A stretch of DNA of 64,000 nt from Podarcis liolepis (lineage: Eukaryota): assembly GCA_965112155.1 (NCBI GenBank), contig OZ218098.1. One strand, written 5' to 3'. The notes beneath the pieces are model-generated. The model saw only the letters and a list, made by a program, of their open reading frames with translations, did not search any database and was not told the origin of the DNA. Made by a program: the position numbers and the translations under genes. Below, piece by piece: positions 38,379 through 51,827 of the stretch (position 1 is the first letter of the stretch; every line of letters begins with the position of its first letter).

Positions 38379-41300
38379 CTATTGATGCTAATTATGCTTT
38401 TGGACAAGACATTTCCCCCCAGTAAGTTTCCTTTTATTGAGGTTGGTATGTGCTTTGAACAGAAAAGCATAGCAAAGATGTTGGGACCTGATCTGAGGCT
38501 ACCGCTTAGCGCAGTACATTACTACTACTACTATTATTATTATTTTTAAAGAGCTTCCTTTGCCGGTGTGGAAATAGCAATCATTGATTATTGGTTGTGG
38601 TTTCTCAAATGGTACATTTTCACTAGGCCAACCCAGTGTTCTTTTTTGTTCTTTGTTCCATCCAATTGTGCGGTTTTATGATAAGCATCATTTTTTCCTT
38701 CCAAGCAATGTGTATTTTTGAATTATAGGTATTCCCTCCCTTCATCTGTGATGTAATGGGAATAAAAGGATAATCAAGAATAATAAATATTTATCCTGAA
38801 AATTCCCCAATCTATGTTGCACACACATTGTAATTTGAAGGCCACTTTACACAAGGTGTTTTTCCTACATAGTTGTTTCCATGAGTTTTACTCCTAGCAG
38901 ACATTGGCATGCTGCATTTGAGATCTTTGTATTTTCAGTAGCTGAATCATTGGCATACCAAAGTAATTGCAAAATCTGGCATGTAAAAAATATCAGCTGA
39001 TATTGTACTTTTGCAGCATGTCATAAAAATTTAAATTCACACTATGGGTATTTGTTGACTTAATAAAATTTGATAAATAAAAGCATTTAAAATTTCAAGT
39101 AATAGAATTGCATTCCACCAGGGGGCTCTGCCCAAATGTTTCAGCAAGATTACTATGACAGGAACAATTTTTTTCCTGCTCCTTTTGGAAGTTTCACGGC
39201 ATTGCATGGAATCTTGTTTCCCATGAAATATGAAAGAAGCAGCTTAAATTGATAGAATTTCCATTAACATTTGTTTGCACTTTCTTAAAATACTAATAAT
39301 GCAGAGCATTTTGCTTCATTTAGCAATATCAGGACTACAGATTTAGGTGGAATATGTCTGTATGTTAGGATTAGCCCTCTCAAACAAAACAAAACAGTAA
39401 CAGCATTGCAAACCATAAGACACAACATTGATGACACAGCAACACATCTAAAAATCATTGCAGCAGCTGAGAGGAGCAATGCCTGCAGATAAAAAATGAA
39501 ATGAGTGCAAAAATAGTATCTGTAAAGACTACCAACAGAAAATTGAATATATTTTAGCTTCATGTTATTTATTTCCTGAGAATGTAGCTGCCAAGCATTC
39601 AAGACAGAATTATCTTTTTTGTTTATTCAGCATTCAGAATTGTGCTTCTTTTTAATAATATCTGCAGCCTTAATTCTTGAATCGTCTTGTGGATATTTTG
39701 TAGAAAATTTTGTTTTCCAATTTTGCTTTTTTGCTACCCTCATTCTTTTTATATTGCTCTTTGTTACATTTTTATCGGGCTTCTTTAAAAGTGTTCTTTC
39801 CCCTCCACCCCAGCTTGTTCCTCAGTGGGGAAATTTAAGAATTGCTTCAACTAAGAATTTGATCAGGGTCATTTTTCCCCCAGAGGGAAAAAGTGGACAC
39901 TAAATAGAGATTATTTGTTTAATCTACAAGTGGTATGACATGGAGCACAGGTGAAAGGTGATTTTCCTGCACCCCACAAACCCTTATCATGACAATAGCA
40001 TCCACAACACATAGCTTCCACACTTTTGCAATAGAGGAAAAGAATGAGTTATCCTGCTGCCACCCCCCTGAGGAAACACACATTTTGTTCAAGTAGAAGA
40101 AATGGTAAAGAGCACTATTGGCAGTACTGGGGGTGCACAGAATAGGGTTGCCCACCCCAGCATTTGATTGCCCATTGATTTGCCTACCCTGCCTGAATTA
40201 TAGAGGATTTGAAATACAGGGTTTTAAGTATCAGAATAAAAAGGGTGGTAGTCAACTAGGTTTTACAGAGAGGAGGTACACTGGAATTAATGCACATTAG
40301 GTCTATTAATATCAATAGATCTCCTCTGCATAAAAATTGCATACCACGGACAGGGTTGTATTGCACAAAATTGTCCCATTTGTGCAATGGAAATTTGCCT
40401 TCCTCTCTGCCTCCTGTACCCTCCAGATCTGTTCTGGGGTTTCACCTGACCCTTTGGACCAGATTTGGGGGGAGGAGAGAGGAGGAAAGAGGACATTCTG
40501 TTGCACAAACAAGTCCTTGTGCAAACAGGTTGATTTGGCTGGGCACAGTTTACAAATGTTAGAACATACCGGTACCTTTAAGATAACATACATTAACAAC
40601 AGGCTCAATATTATGCTCTATGAAGGGTAACGCTCCAAAATGGTCATAATCCAGTGACAAAAGGTTCCTTATAAAGCTACCACAGGGCTGCATATTTCAT
40701 TAATGCAATATGTTGTCAATTTGTCTTCAGACTCTTTATTTTACAATTTCCCCAAGCATTCTTGTTTCAAAGGTGACTTCTTACAGTTCCAATGAAAAGC
40801 ATAGTTCTGTTGAGAAGACTGTATCATGCAAGACAAACTATCTTCTCCTTCTAAATCTCTATTATTTGCATGTATATATATGCTGTTGGGTTATATATCC
40901 TGAGATTCCCCCCAGATAACTCCACCTTCTGCTTCTGAACACCAGCATTTTAAAGAATCTCAGTTCTTCAAGTGTTTGAATGTGGATGCAAAAAGACAAT
41001 GCCTTGTATCATGCTATGGGGTGAAATCAGAGAGCACACATATATTGACCAAATGGTACTTCCTCGCTCAGCACCCACAGCCTTTCATGGTACCTGGTAA
41101 TAATATAGTGAGCACAAGTGGAACCCATGTGGGCAACAAGGCTGAAGCACTCACTGTGCACCATGAAAAAGAACTAGGAATATTTACACAAATCGTACAC
41201 TCTACCCATTAGCATTCCCAATGTGCATATGTATCTGCTGTAATCTTTATTGAGAGAGCACAAACTGGAAACAAACATTGGCATATCAAGCAGTAATTAG

Positions 41301-41907
41301 TGATGGGTTCATAATAAAAAAAAATCCAAGCATAAGTATTAATGAATCATCCTTGACACCATTACGTCTCCCAAAGAGACAGTCAAGGAGCCGGCCAAGG
41401 TGAGAGTGTTCCCATTGGAAGGCAGGAGGAGAGAGCCTGGCTTCACTGATCCATGCCTGGTAACCTCCAAGTTCACTATAATGTTTTATTTATGTATGTG
41501 GGACTGGCTTTGAGGATGGTACAGAAGCATCTGGGTTGTTCCTAAAAATGAACAAAAAGGAGTAAGTACACCCCTGGAAAGAACTAGTCCCATATAGACT
41601 CCCTCTGGTGGATGTGTGTATGCACTTTCACACACCCCATGAGGTATAAAGCTAGGAACATGCATTGCTCACATGCCCCCCCCCCGGCTTAACACACCAC
41701 CCCGGCTGCTCTTCAAATATCTGTATGTTAAGACAGTGTTACAGCTTACATAAGGGTTTCCAAGTGCAGCCAACTGAACATGCTTAAAATCCCTCTGCAA
41801 ATTTTGCACTGTGTGGAGGTCTAAAGAGCAACCCAAATGACTGGGTGGGGGCCTGCCCAATCTCTTAATTTTAAATATCATGCCCAAAGTGCAAGATGCA
41901 CATAAAT

Positions 41908-42140
41908 CACGGGTCAGCAAATTTTTTCAGCAGGAGGCCGGTCCACTGTCCCTCAGACCCTGTAGGGGGCTGGACTAGATTTTGAAAAAAAATAATGAAC
42001 AAATTCCCAGAGATGCATTTTAAATAGAAGGACGCATTCTACTCATGTAAAAACACGTGGTTTCCCAGACCGTCTGTGGGCTGGATTTAGAAGGCGATTG
42101 GGCCGGATCCGGCCCCCGGGCCTTAGTTTGCCTACCCATG
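41908..42140 (+). mobile_element. hAT MITE family B, copy 3
   Basis: CACGGGTCAGCAAA...GTTTGCCTACCCATG; perfect TSD ACATAAAT. Confidence 0.92.
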
Positions 42141-43689
42141 ACATAAATGATCTAAGTATGTGGGTAGATTCACACAGAAGAATGTGTTTTGTGATGTACC
42201 CATACCACTCGGCTTTCTTTGTCAAAACCAGAGCCTTTAACTGGGACTGGAAACCTGCTGGGGAACCAGGACTCTACGCTTCATGTATCTTGCTGCTGTT
42301 AACTGCTTGGCACCCACTCTCTGAACCAAGTGCAATTTCCTAACATAATCAAAGGCAGCTCTGTTTGTTTGTTTTCTTTGCTTAACATTTATATCCTGAC
42401 CTTTGTCAAAAGACTTCAGGGTGGGTAATGATATTAAAGAATACATAAACCAAACTATACAAACGAGAATTTTTTATCAGCATCACATGTAGAGCACAAG
42501 GCATGCATAAGTGGGGCTGGATTCTCCTTCCGGAAAGGTGGCGCTGGCATCAGGTTTAGGTTCCACAAAGCACTCACTCCTTCCCACTACAGCTACCTGG
42601 ACATTCAGAAGTAAGGCTAGGTATAAGAGCACACCAGTAGAAAATCTGAAACTTCAAGGGTGGTACAAACCTATTGAACTATGTTTACTTCTCACTCAAA
42701 TGCATCAGCAAGCACCACCTCCAGCTTATGTAGCTCATATATATTCGCCCCAGTATACCTAGAATTGCATGGAAATCACATGTGTACACACATCTTGCAC
42801 TAGGGGCGTCTGGATGTGATGATGTGCCTGGGAGATGTGTCTGATGGTAAAAACATACATGATAACAGTGATTATGGGTAGGGGGAGATATGAAATGGCT
42901 ATGTAAGGGGAGGACAATTATATTGTCCCACGCACAAACTTTGGTCCATCTCCATCCATGGTAAACTTTGTAACTCTGCCAACTTGACTTTGGACATCCT
43001 GGTGCTGTTACTTAAAGTCAGGTAGCTTAAGAATAAACCTTCTGTCATCTGTGACCTGATCATGGAGAGAGCTGACCTTGAATGTATTACTTTGACCTAG
43101 GTGAAATGAATACTTCTCAGCCACAACCATCTAGGTATTTGGATCAGCAACAACGGAAGTTGGGAAAGTGTGGAGTTTTGGCTACAGTCTGTAAGTGAAT
43201 TTAATTTCCAGCCTGGTTCCAGGGCTGAGTGTTTGTACCATGTGTTGGCAACTGGGACAGAGAGGGATTCTGCTAGGGTATCTCAGACTAGCATAGTCTC
43301 AAACTTGGTGTTGAGGACTCCTAGAGTGTTAGTTCTGGGGTACTGAAACATCCATGCAGAAGACCCCTTTCTCTGGAGTGACTCTGGACTTCACGGGCAC
43401 CATGAGAACATAATGGGACAAGTGCCTTTGTTTTACATGTGTCAAGGGTTTTTTGGTTGGGAAGGACAGTGGTGGTCTAAGGGTGAGGTTTTCATTAATT
43501 CTTTTCATTTGCAAAATAAATAGATAAATAAATAAATAAATAATCTTTAAAAATCCTGCCTACCTTAAGAGAAGATTCCATGGTTCTGAACAGCATAAAA
43601 TCAATAGAACTGCATTTATGAAACAAGCTTCCTATGTCCGTTTTCAGGCACTATAATTGCCCCTGATATTAGGGAAAGACTGCCATGCC

Positions 43690-44790
43690 TAGTGCGAAGG
43701 GTGGGAAGGTGCGATTCCACTCCGCCTCCATTTTTTTTTTAAAGCGGTAAGAGAGCGATGCTGGCGCGCATTTGAGGGACCCCCTTTGCATCTCCCTCGG
43801 TGGGTGGCGCGGCGGCGTGGGTCACGGCGAGGTCCGCCAGCCCACCCCCCCGGGAGCCCCGCTCCAGAGGGAGGGGGGCGCGCGCGCTGGCCCTGCAAGG
43901 GCGCCCGGAGCCCAGAAGAGGTCCCCCTCGCCTTAGGAGCGCCGCCATCTCCGCCCCTCGACGAGCGGGAAGGGGGCGGAGGGTGTCGCTGCTACGTGAT
44001 TCCTTTGTCGATGAGGCGCCCTCTCTCTGCGCGCTGCAAGCCCAACTCCGGCCCCGGAGCGAGGGAAAGAAGCCGTCAGGCACGAGGACCGGCGGGCGGC
44101 CGAGCGAGGAGGCCCCCTCGGCGGCGTCTCTTGTTGCCAGGCAGAGGCGTCCCCGGCGCCCGCAGCTAGGCGGGGAGGCGGGAAGGGCCCGGCGGCGACG
44201 GGCGGTTCCATGAGGCGTCTCCGCAGCCTTTGCACCTGCTGCTGCTGCTGCTGTCAGGTGGCGTCGGCGGGAGCTCGCGACCTGCCTCGCGCCTCGATGG
44301 GCAGCCGCGGGCTCTGAGGGGCGCCGGACCCTCGACGGGGATGTGCCATCTGAGCCGCCCCACAAATGGCTCTCGGCGACGAGGCGGCCGTGGCGCCTGC
44401 TGCTGCTGCTGCTTCCACCAGCACCAGCACCCTGAGGTGTGAGCTTCCCGTGCGCCTGCGGGGACTCTTTGCAGCAGGCATCTCGCGGGCTTGGGCCACC
44501 AGCGTTGGCCTCAGGCAGCTGCTGCTGTTGCCGCTGCTGCCGCCATGCCCTGATCGGAGAAGCGCCGAGGCAGCCGCGGCTACCAAAGGGCCCCTTTTCA
44601 AGGCTGCCATGCTCCTCGGGGTGCTCTTAGTCCTTTGCCAACGGGTCCAGGCGGAGCAAGGTGAGCGGCGCGCCTTCAGACCCGGGCGAGGGTGGTGAAG
44701 GGAGGCTGAGCAGGAATTGCTGAATGAAGCACAGGGGGGTGAGCGGGGGGAGGGCTTCGTTACAGCTGCAGCCATTGTGTTATCGGCGAT
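43690..44790 (+). promoter_or_regulatory. CpG island / promoter and first exon of downstream gene
   Basis: Abrupt GC- and CpG-rich block in AT-rich, CpG-poor DNA; GC box GGGGCGGAG (~43973-43981); YY1-like GCCGCCATCT (43941-43950). Confidence 0.92.
44366..44660 (+). CDS. KIAA1549L: First coding exon of a signal-peptide-bearing membrane protein, probably KIAA1549L (start may be ATG 44366 or 44609)
   Basis: ORF MALGDEAAVAPAAAAA...AAMLLGVLLVLCQRVQAEQ ends at a strong phase-1 donor AAG|GTGAGC (44660/44661) right after a signal-like hydrophobic stretch. The name rests on recalled HIPK3-KIAA1549L synteny, not on recognition of the protein sequence. Confidence 0.62.
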
Positions 44791-46213
44791 CTCCTTCCAA
44801 ATAATAAAAATAATACTCTTCTGGGATGTGCTAGAGGAGGGGAAGCTCGCGCCTGGTTCTTGGTGCCTTGGAATGGAAAGGAGGGAGGCTGCACAGAAGA
44901 AGGGGCCATCTTCCCCCCGGTCTCTCCTCCTCTCCCCACAATTTTAAACAAAAGTTAACAGCCTTCTGCATAACAGCTGCACTTCACTGCAATGCCTCAG
45001 TGTTGTTTCGGTGGCCATGGGGTTCGCATTTGATTTTTTTTCAGAGGGCGCCTGGCGGTTTGTAAATATTTTAGCTCAGAATAATTCCGAGGCGCTGCCC
45101 ACCCTCCTCCCGCCGTCGTTTTCTGTAGCTGGTGAAGTGTGTCAGGTAACAAATGAGGGTTTCTGAGCTTGTGTTTTCAAAGTGGCCTACAGTGTTGGAA
45201 CGAGTGCTCTGCTGCCTCTTGTTGACTAGCATCTCTGCCCCCCCTCCCCATTTTTTTTTTTTACATTGCACAGAAAAGAAGCTGTTGTTACCTCAAACAA
45301 TTACTTTTTGGATGGAGGGGGGAGAGATGTGTCAGAGCTGATAAGAGTACAAAAAATTATCTCCAGCATAACATATCTTATTATTGGTATCTTGGGGATT
45401 TTTTTTCGGGGGGGGGGGGAGAACTCATTTCCCTACCATTTTCCATTTTGAAAGTAGTAGCAGCGTACAGAGTGACATCAAAGTTAACAATGCTGTACTG
45501 TATGTGAACAAGGAATGGTAGTATGGATCTGTGTAGACACAATCCCACGAGGATGGAGTTCATGGGACTTTTTTCTGCAGGATTTGGGTCTTCTCTAGCT
45601 GAGCCATGATGCTTTGGTTATGACTGCAATCCTCAGACTGTTTCCTTTGAGGTATAATCAGTGGAGTTATGAACTATATAAAGCCCAATTTTGGAGCATG
45701 CAGCTTTGAAACTCCCTTCAGTTTCAGAAGCAGCTTGACATGTGGCTTAGCAGGAATGCTATTCATGAAGAAGTCTAAAGTGTCTGGGTCTAGTCTTACA
45801 TATCTTTGGATTCTGGCCATTGTTTAGTATTTATTTAGTAGTAACGATTTAATTGTTGAAGTGCTCAGCGATCAGGAGCATGAAAAAGCTTTTCCCTCCC
45901 CTCACCTGGTTGCTTCTGTGGTAACCAAGGTGGCTTACTTACCATTAGAGATAGAATACAGTACAGTACAGTATTGAATAAGATTAGCTGGATTAAAAAT
46001 AAAATAAAATAAAATAAAGGAAGGTGTAAGGGTTTGCTTTATTTCTCCGTAGGGTTGGAGTGACAGAAATTTCTTACTCAAATAGTCTTGAACTTATGTA
46101 GGGTCTGGGAGGATTTCTCTGCACGTCAAACTGACAGCTCTCCCCCTGCCCCAAATACCACTAGTATAATTGACTGTGATCTTAACTGGTAGGTTATGAC
46201 CTGAATTCTTATA

Positions 46214-46465
46214 CAGTCATACCTCGGGTTAAATGTGCTTCAGGTTGAGTGCTTTTGGGTTGCGCTCCACGGCGACCTGGAAGTAACAGAATGCATTACT
46301 TCCGGGTTTCACCGCATGCGCATGCGCAGATGGTCAAAATGATGTCATGCGCATGCGCAGAAGCGGCGAATCATGACCCGCACACATGCAGATGTGGGCT
46401 GTGTTTGCTTCTGGATGCGAATGGGGCTCTGGAACGGATCCCGTTCGTATCCAGAGGTACCACTG
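46214..46465 (+). mobile_element. Tigger-like MITE (TGCGCATG-rich subfamily)
   Basis: TA+CAGTCATACCTCGGGTT...CCAGAGGTACCACTG+TA. Confidence 0.88.
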
Positions 46466-46899
46466 TATAGGGCGCAATCCTGAGAAAACTATACCTGTTT
46501 GGATTCCACTAACATTATTGCAACTTTAAGTGGTTTGATGTGCACTTAAGTCCCATTCAAATAAGTGTGTTTTAAGTTGTTGTGAACTATTCCATTTGCT
46601 TAATTCCCATTTAATTTTCTTTCAGTTGGACTGATTGAATGTGCTTGTTAGTTAACTTCTAACATTTTTTTAATGGAGAAAATACCTTGTACAATTGGCT
46701 AGTAGTGTTAAATGTACTGGCCCTAATTTGGATCTAAGCGCTAGTTAGAAGTTCCCTTCAACAGATGTGTGTGAGAATAACAGGCTTATGATACAGCAGA
46801 GAAATCCATTTAGGGGATCTCCTTTGGTTCGTAGATTTTCCTTGCTGAACTGGAGTTTATACAAACTTATTTATGTGTAATATGCATTTTACATATTAG

Positions 46900-47046
46900 C
46901 AGTGCTTTTTTTCTTAAAAAATGTTTAGGGGTGCTCTTATTTTCCTTCTTATATTGAAATACTGCCCCTCAATGAGGCCAAACTGTAGATTCATAAAATG
47001 TTTAGGGGTATGTGTACCCTTGCATCCCCCCAGAAAAAAAACACTG
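46900..47046. mobile_element. hAT MITE
   Basis: TIR CAGTGCTTTTTTTCT / AGAAAAAAAACACTG; perfect TSD CATATTAG. Confidence 0.9.
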
Positions 47047-50000
47047 CATATTAGCACCTGTCAACAGTTCTTAATTGTGGCCAGTATCCCATACCAATGA
47101 AAAACAGCTTACATGGAGCTGACAGTCAGTTTCCCACTAGACCAATATCTTCTTATCTTTAATAATATAACAGAATAATGTGTCCTTTAGCCCATTTTTT
47201 GCATCCAATTTTGTATTAGGGTACAGTATGTTGTAACATAGACTGCAGGTTTTAATTGTAAGTGTTCAGACTCTTCTAAGTTTGTGGTTAGATGTTTTAG
47301 CCAACCTGGCAAGGCCCCAACTGATAGTTCTTAAACTTTTAGTTCTAATGTGAGAAAAGGTTTGGGTTAGGGGAACAGATTGAGCTTGTGATAGAAAATG
47401 TGAGTTGCTTTCCTGTCCTGCATGTGCAGTGTCTTCCATGACTTCTAATCATAATAATCACAGTGACAGTGCATCTGTGATGTGATGTTAGGAGGAATTC
47501 CCCAAACATTGCTCGTTTCTTTTATTTCTGAGTCACGTAGCACGTTTTTTAAAAGGTGCAAACTGTAGTGTAATTTTCCTAAAGATGAATGAAAAGGTTA
47601 GTAATACACTGCAATAGACACTCTGGTTGGACAGCATTTCTATATGCAAGTTGAACATATTTTCATTTGTCTGGTGATGTGGAAACTTGCTACCAATATT
47701 TTGCTACCAGTCATTGTTTGATATGAACAGTACAAAATAGTTTTCTAGCATGTGCAGAGAATGAACAGAAAAATAAGATGAATGTATTACAAGTGGGGAA
47801 AAACCCTAACAAAGACTATTTTTTCCATGTAAGCACATTTCTGTTACCAGGAAAGTAGAAGTTGCTAATGCAAAAATTTGAAAGCAGGATAAAATGGTGA
47901 AGTATCCTTGAGAAAAGCTCATTATCAAATAGTGGTTCTTTGTTTAGTAATGAACAAAAAGAACTGGATTGTTTCAAGTTGCATAGCACTGAAGTGCTGA
48001 AAAGCCAGTTTAAAAGAAGCCATTACAAACCTGTCTCGTCTCTTCTTTCAATTTCTGTTTAATCTGATAAATTATAGAACTAGGTGGATGCATTGCTAGT
48101 AAGACTTTATTTTACAAGAGTCACGACTACTTGGAACAGAGAAATAAGTTTATATTGATTGCATGTAATTGTGGCATGTGGTTAAAAACAACAACAACCC
48201 TGTGGTCCTTAAAGCTGGTGCAGCAGAATTCCACAAAGTTCTTGTTCCTCTTCAGTTCACTGTGTTTTGGTTCAGGAAGATCTGTGGCTCAGTGGCATCT
48301 GCTTTGCATGCAAAAGATCCCATTTTAACAATATTTCTGTCATCCAGCAATAAATTACTCTGGAAAAAACAAATTTATTGACTTTTATAAAATGTAAGAT
48401 ATATGGCGTAGCAAAATAATATGGTGTAGCAAAATAATAAATTTTTCAATTTCCATTGAAATGTAATATGGTAGCTTTTGTCAATGATACCTGAGCTGGA
48501 AAATCACATTTATGCAAGCTTCAGATCTAAAACCCAGTGGGATTTACTCATTAGTTCATAAATCTTGGCTAGAGAAGAATTAGCCGTGAATTAAGAATGG
48601 ATTTTCAAGCAGGAACCCAAGTCCAAACTATGCGTGACATAGATGAGCAAAGGACTCTGGTAGCCTATTTCCCTTTTGAAAAGCAACTTCTGGAGGGGAC
48701 ATTCTGGATGAGAGGGTATATCTATAAGAATCATTCCTGCTGCTTTTGCATACGAATTGCCTACATTTGAAAGTATGTATTTGGAACTCTGCAGGAGGAA
48801 AAGCAGCTTGAGAAAGGTGAATTTAGAGCAGACAAGTGGCAGTGTGTGCTTAATCTTTTTGATTTCCAAATTGCTTTATACTAAAGCTGTGTTTCCTTAA
48901 AAGAAGGAGCCATTGCTGTTTTGTTACCTGTAGGAAACCGTAACTTTGGTTGGTCTTGGTATTTAACCATTGTTTCTTTTTAATAAGGCTCAGTTCTCTC
49001 ATTTCCTTACCATGGAGGCCAAATAAATGCCTGCCCCCCCCTGTATTCCTGCCCAGCAAACACCTCCACACCCAATTTTTAGCAGGAGATAAGCAGTGGA
49101 CTGTGTGTGTGCATAGAAAGCCCTGAAACCTTTATCAGTATTCTGTACCCAGGGTAGCCTATCGTATTTTTTGTGCAACTTTGTCTTACAAGTCTTCGTA
49201 GATGATAATTTTCAGCATAACCTGAACTGTGTTCCTTAAAGAAATCTCTACAGCTGCTATTCAGAATAATCACACCACAAATACTGTAGCATTTAAATTA
49301 GCCGCGCATGGATACTATAATAGCACCACCTCATTGGGTTCAAGAACTAACTCATGGGAAATGAACAGCACTTCCATATGAGAATTCTGCCTTTCTCTAT
49401 CAACAGGTAGACAAAACTATAGAGGGTATAGAAAATACACACACAAAGGGAAAAGGGTCTCTCCTTATTTATTTATTATTTTGCCTCTGTTCAGAGTGAC
49501 TAATTTCCCCTAGCAGTTGGGACAAGCAACAGAGAAAATGAGCCACTCTGAGGAGAACTAAAGCCACTTTAGAAATGAGAGAAATTATTAAAGGAGAGGC
49601 AATTAGGTGTGGCGCCTTCCTACTCCAGCGTGAGCAGGAAAATGTAACATCAGAAGTTACAATCCCCAATGTGGCACCCTCCAGATATTTTGGGCTACAA
49701 CTTTCATGAACCTTAGCTAGCAAAAGGGTGGAATGGGACTGAAGGGAGCTGTAGTCTGGATGGCCCAGGTTGAGAGAGGCTGTGTTAACCCAACACTGAC
49801 TATACAATATTTATAGGTGCCCATTTTGGAAGTGATGAGGAATAAGTTGTACTATGTGTTTTAGCATTTGAATGGATAGTTCAGTAGAGAGATGGAAGTT
49901 GCTGGCCTGTTCGTTGTGAACTTGCATCCACATGGTATCATCCTCATCAACAAGTCATCCCCTTTCCAGTCCTCACCCCCAGTTTAATCTGGATTTGCCA

Positions 50001-50207
50001 CTTACCGTGCATGTTTTGTTTTTAAAACCTACTGGATATTTTGTGGAAATCCAGATTAAAGGGGAGATAAAATGGGGCAGTGTTTTGATGAGTTCTGTGG
50101 ATACTATTACAAAATTTTCAAGCATGAACAGCACCGACTTAATAATAAACTACCAAGTGGAATTATCCAGAAGTCATAGGGAGCGCACCAGATTGGACAA
50201 GGTCAAC

Positions 50208-50375
50208 TCAGAATCATGGAGTTGGAAGGAACCTCAAATGTTATTTCATTAAACAACATCCCACTGATGCAGGGGATCCTCTGTTATAGGGCCCCTGACA
50301 GGATATCCAGCCTCTGCTTAAAAACTTCTAATTGAAGGAAGGTCTACCATTTTGAAGGCAGCCTGTTCCACAGTT
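50208..50375 (-). mobile_element. CR1 3'-end fragment
   Basis: GAATCATGGAGTTGGAAGGAACC...CCAGCCTCTGCTTAAAAAC...GGCAGCCTGTTCCAC; minus strand encodes WNRLPSKW, a CR1 ORF2 C-terminal motif. Confidence 0.75.
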
Positions 50376-51001
50376 TCTTCACGTTCTCAAGATATCCAAC
50401 GCCCTTTGCTGTGTAGTTATGCTTAGCTACTATTAGTGGCAATAGGATTTTCCTTATAATTGGTTCACTTTCGGTATGAATGTAGATCTGGATAGAAACC
50501 TTGTCTGGACTTCTTTTACCCAAAGTCATTGCCTCACCTTTTGCCCTGGTTCTTTTAATCTTCTACATCTACTTTGTTATTCTTTGGCTGACATCCAGAG
50601 CGCATTATCCCCCTCCCCTCTTCTCTGAATTTGAAACAGCTTTTATGGGTGAAAGATCTGACTTGTGGTCTGTAAATATTTCCAGTTGTTATTGAAAAAT
50701 AATTCTGGAGCATCTAATTCTGTTTCATGTCTTGTCATTTTCACCTGGTTGGTAGATTGCAAAGCAATAACTTGCTTTCTTCTTAATGTACTGCCATACT
50801 TGCCAGTTTGCATTTTGTGAGCAGTTATTTGACATTTCTCTCACTCAGGTCAGAGTACCCTTTTTAAAGATTGCTTTTCACTCCAAGCACATGCTACACG
50901 TTCACTGTGTGTCTACTGCATTTCAATAAAAGGTCAATTTATTGTGTTAGATTTACCTTCTCAGCTGCTGACTCCATGTGCCAAAAGACACATACCTTTG
51001 G

Positions 51002-51004
<3 letters not shown>

Positions 51005-51034
<30 letters not shown>
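51005..51034. repeat. (TC)15 microsatellite
   Basis: Direct count. Confidence 0.97.
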
Positions 51035-51037
<3 letters not shown>

Positions 51038-51827
51038 AAGTGCTTTCTTCGTTTTAAAAGAAAAAGCATAGCACAACAAAGAAGAACAAATCAAAAATAT
51101 AGTATTCAACAAAAAGCAATCCCAAAAAAGAGTTTGCACTTCTTACATTCAAAATTGAATTAATTCTTCATTGATTCTAGTATGACTTCCGATCTAGAAA
51201 TCTAGTTTCTCAGTTTGCAATATACTAGTATAAGATTGCAGTGCAAACAGTTGTTGCCTAGGAGTGGAATCCAATTGGTCATCCTTGCCAGCCTTCGAAA
51301 CTCCCATTGTTCTAGGCATGTTTTGTGACAGGGAATTTCAGTTTCAGAGCCCTGGGTGCCTAAGATTTCAGATTAAAACTACACAGTGGAAGGAAAGGAG
51401 GACCTTTTTCTGCCTCCACACTTCCAGCCACTCTCTGAATGTTGGAGAAGATACACTCTTAAGAATATTAGGGGGGTGAAGGGGAGCACGTCTTTGATTT
51501 TTGCAGTCTTTGGATGAGGACTAGACCATGTGAAAAATGAACATAATATTTTAGATGCAGTTCATTGATTTTCAGCTTTGTATTCTTGTTATAAAAAGTG
51601 TGCCTAGACATTCCGTTGTTGCTTCCATAACCTAGGTTCAAGGGGCCATTTAGCTTGTAGTTTTCATATCTCAGTTTCTTACACTGATCTTTGCACTGTT
51701 GGTGCAGTGGAAGTGTATATAAACAGAGGGGAAGGGACAGATTTCCAGAGGGTGCTGTGGTCTGCAGTGTGGCTGTGTCATCACTGCTGTGCTGTGCAGT
51801 ATTTGAAAACCCTGTTTGGTCACTTTG

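Noticed and set aside
40335-40355. REST/NRSE-like ACCACGGACAG upstream of the CpG island
   Set aside because: The left half (TTCAGCACC) matches poorly and it abuts a degenerate MITE (~40352-40530).
43689-44775. Many overlapping ORFs on both strands (e.g. 208 aa at 43739-44365, 173 aa at 44254-44775)
   Set aside because: Expected from stop-codon scarcity in a CpG island; Arg/Pro/Ala-rich with no domain or splice support.
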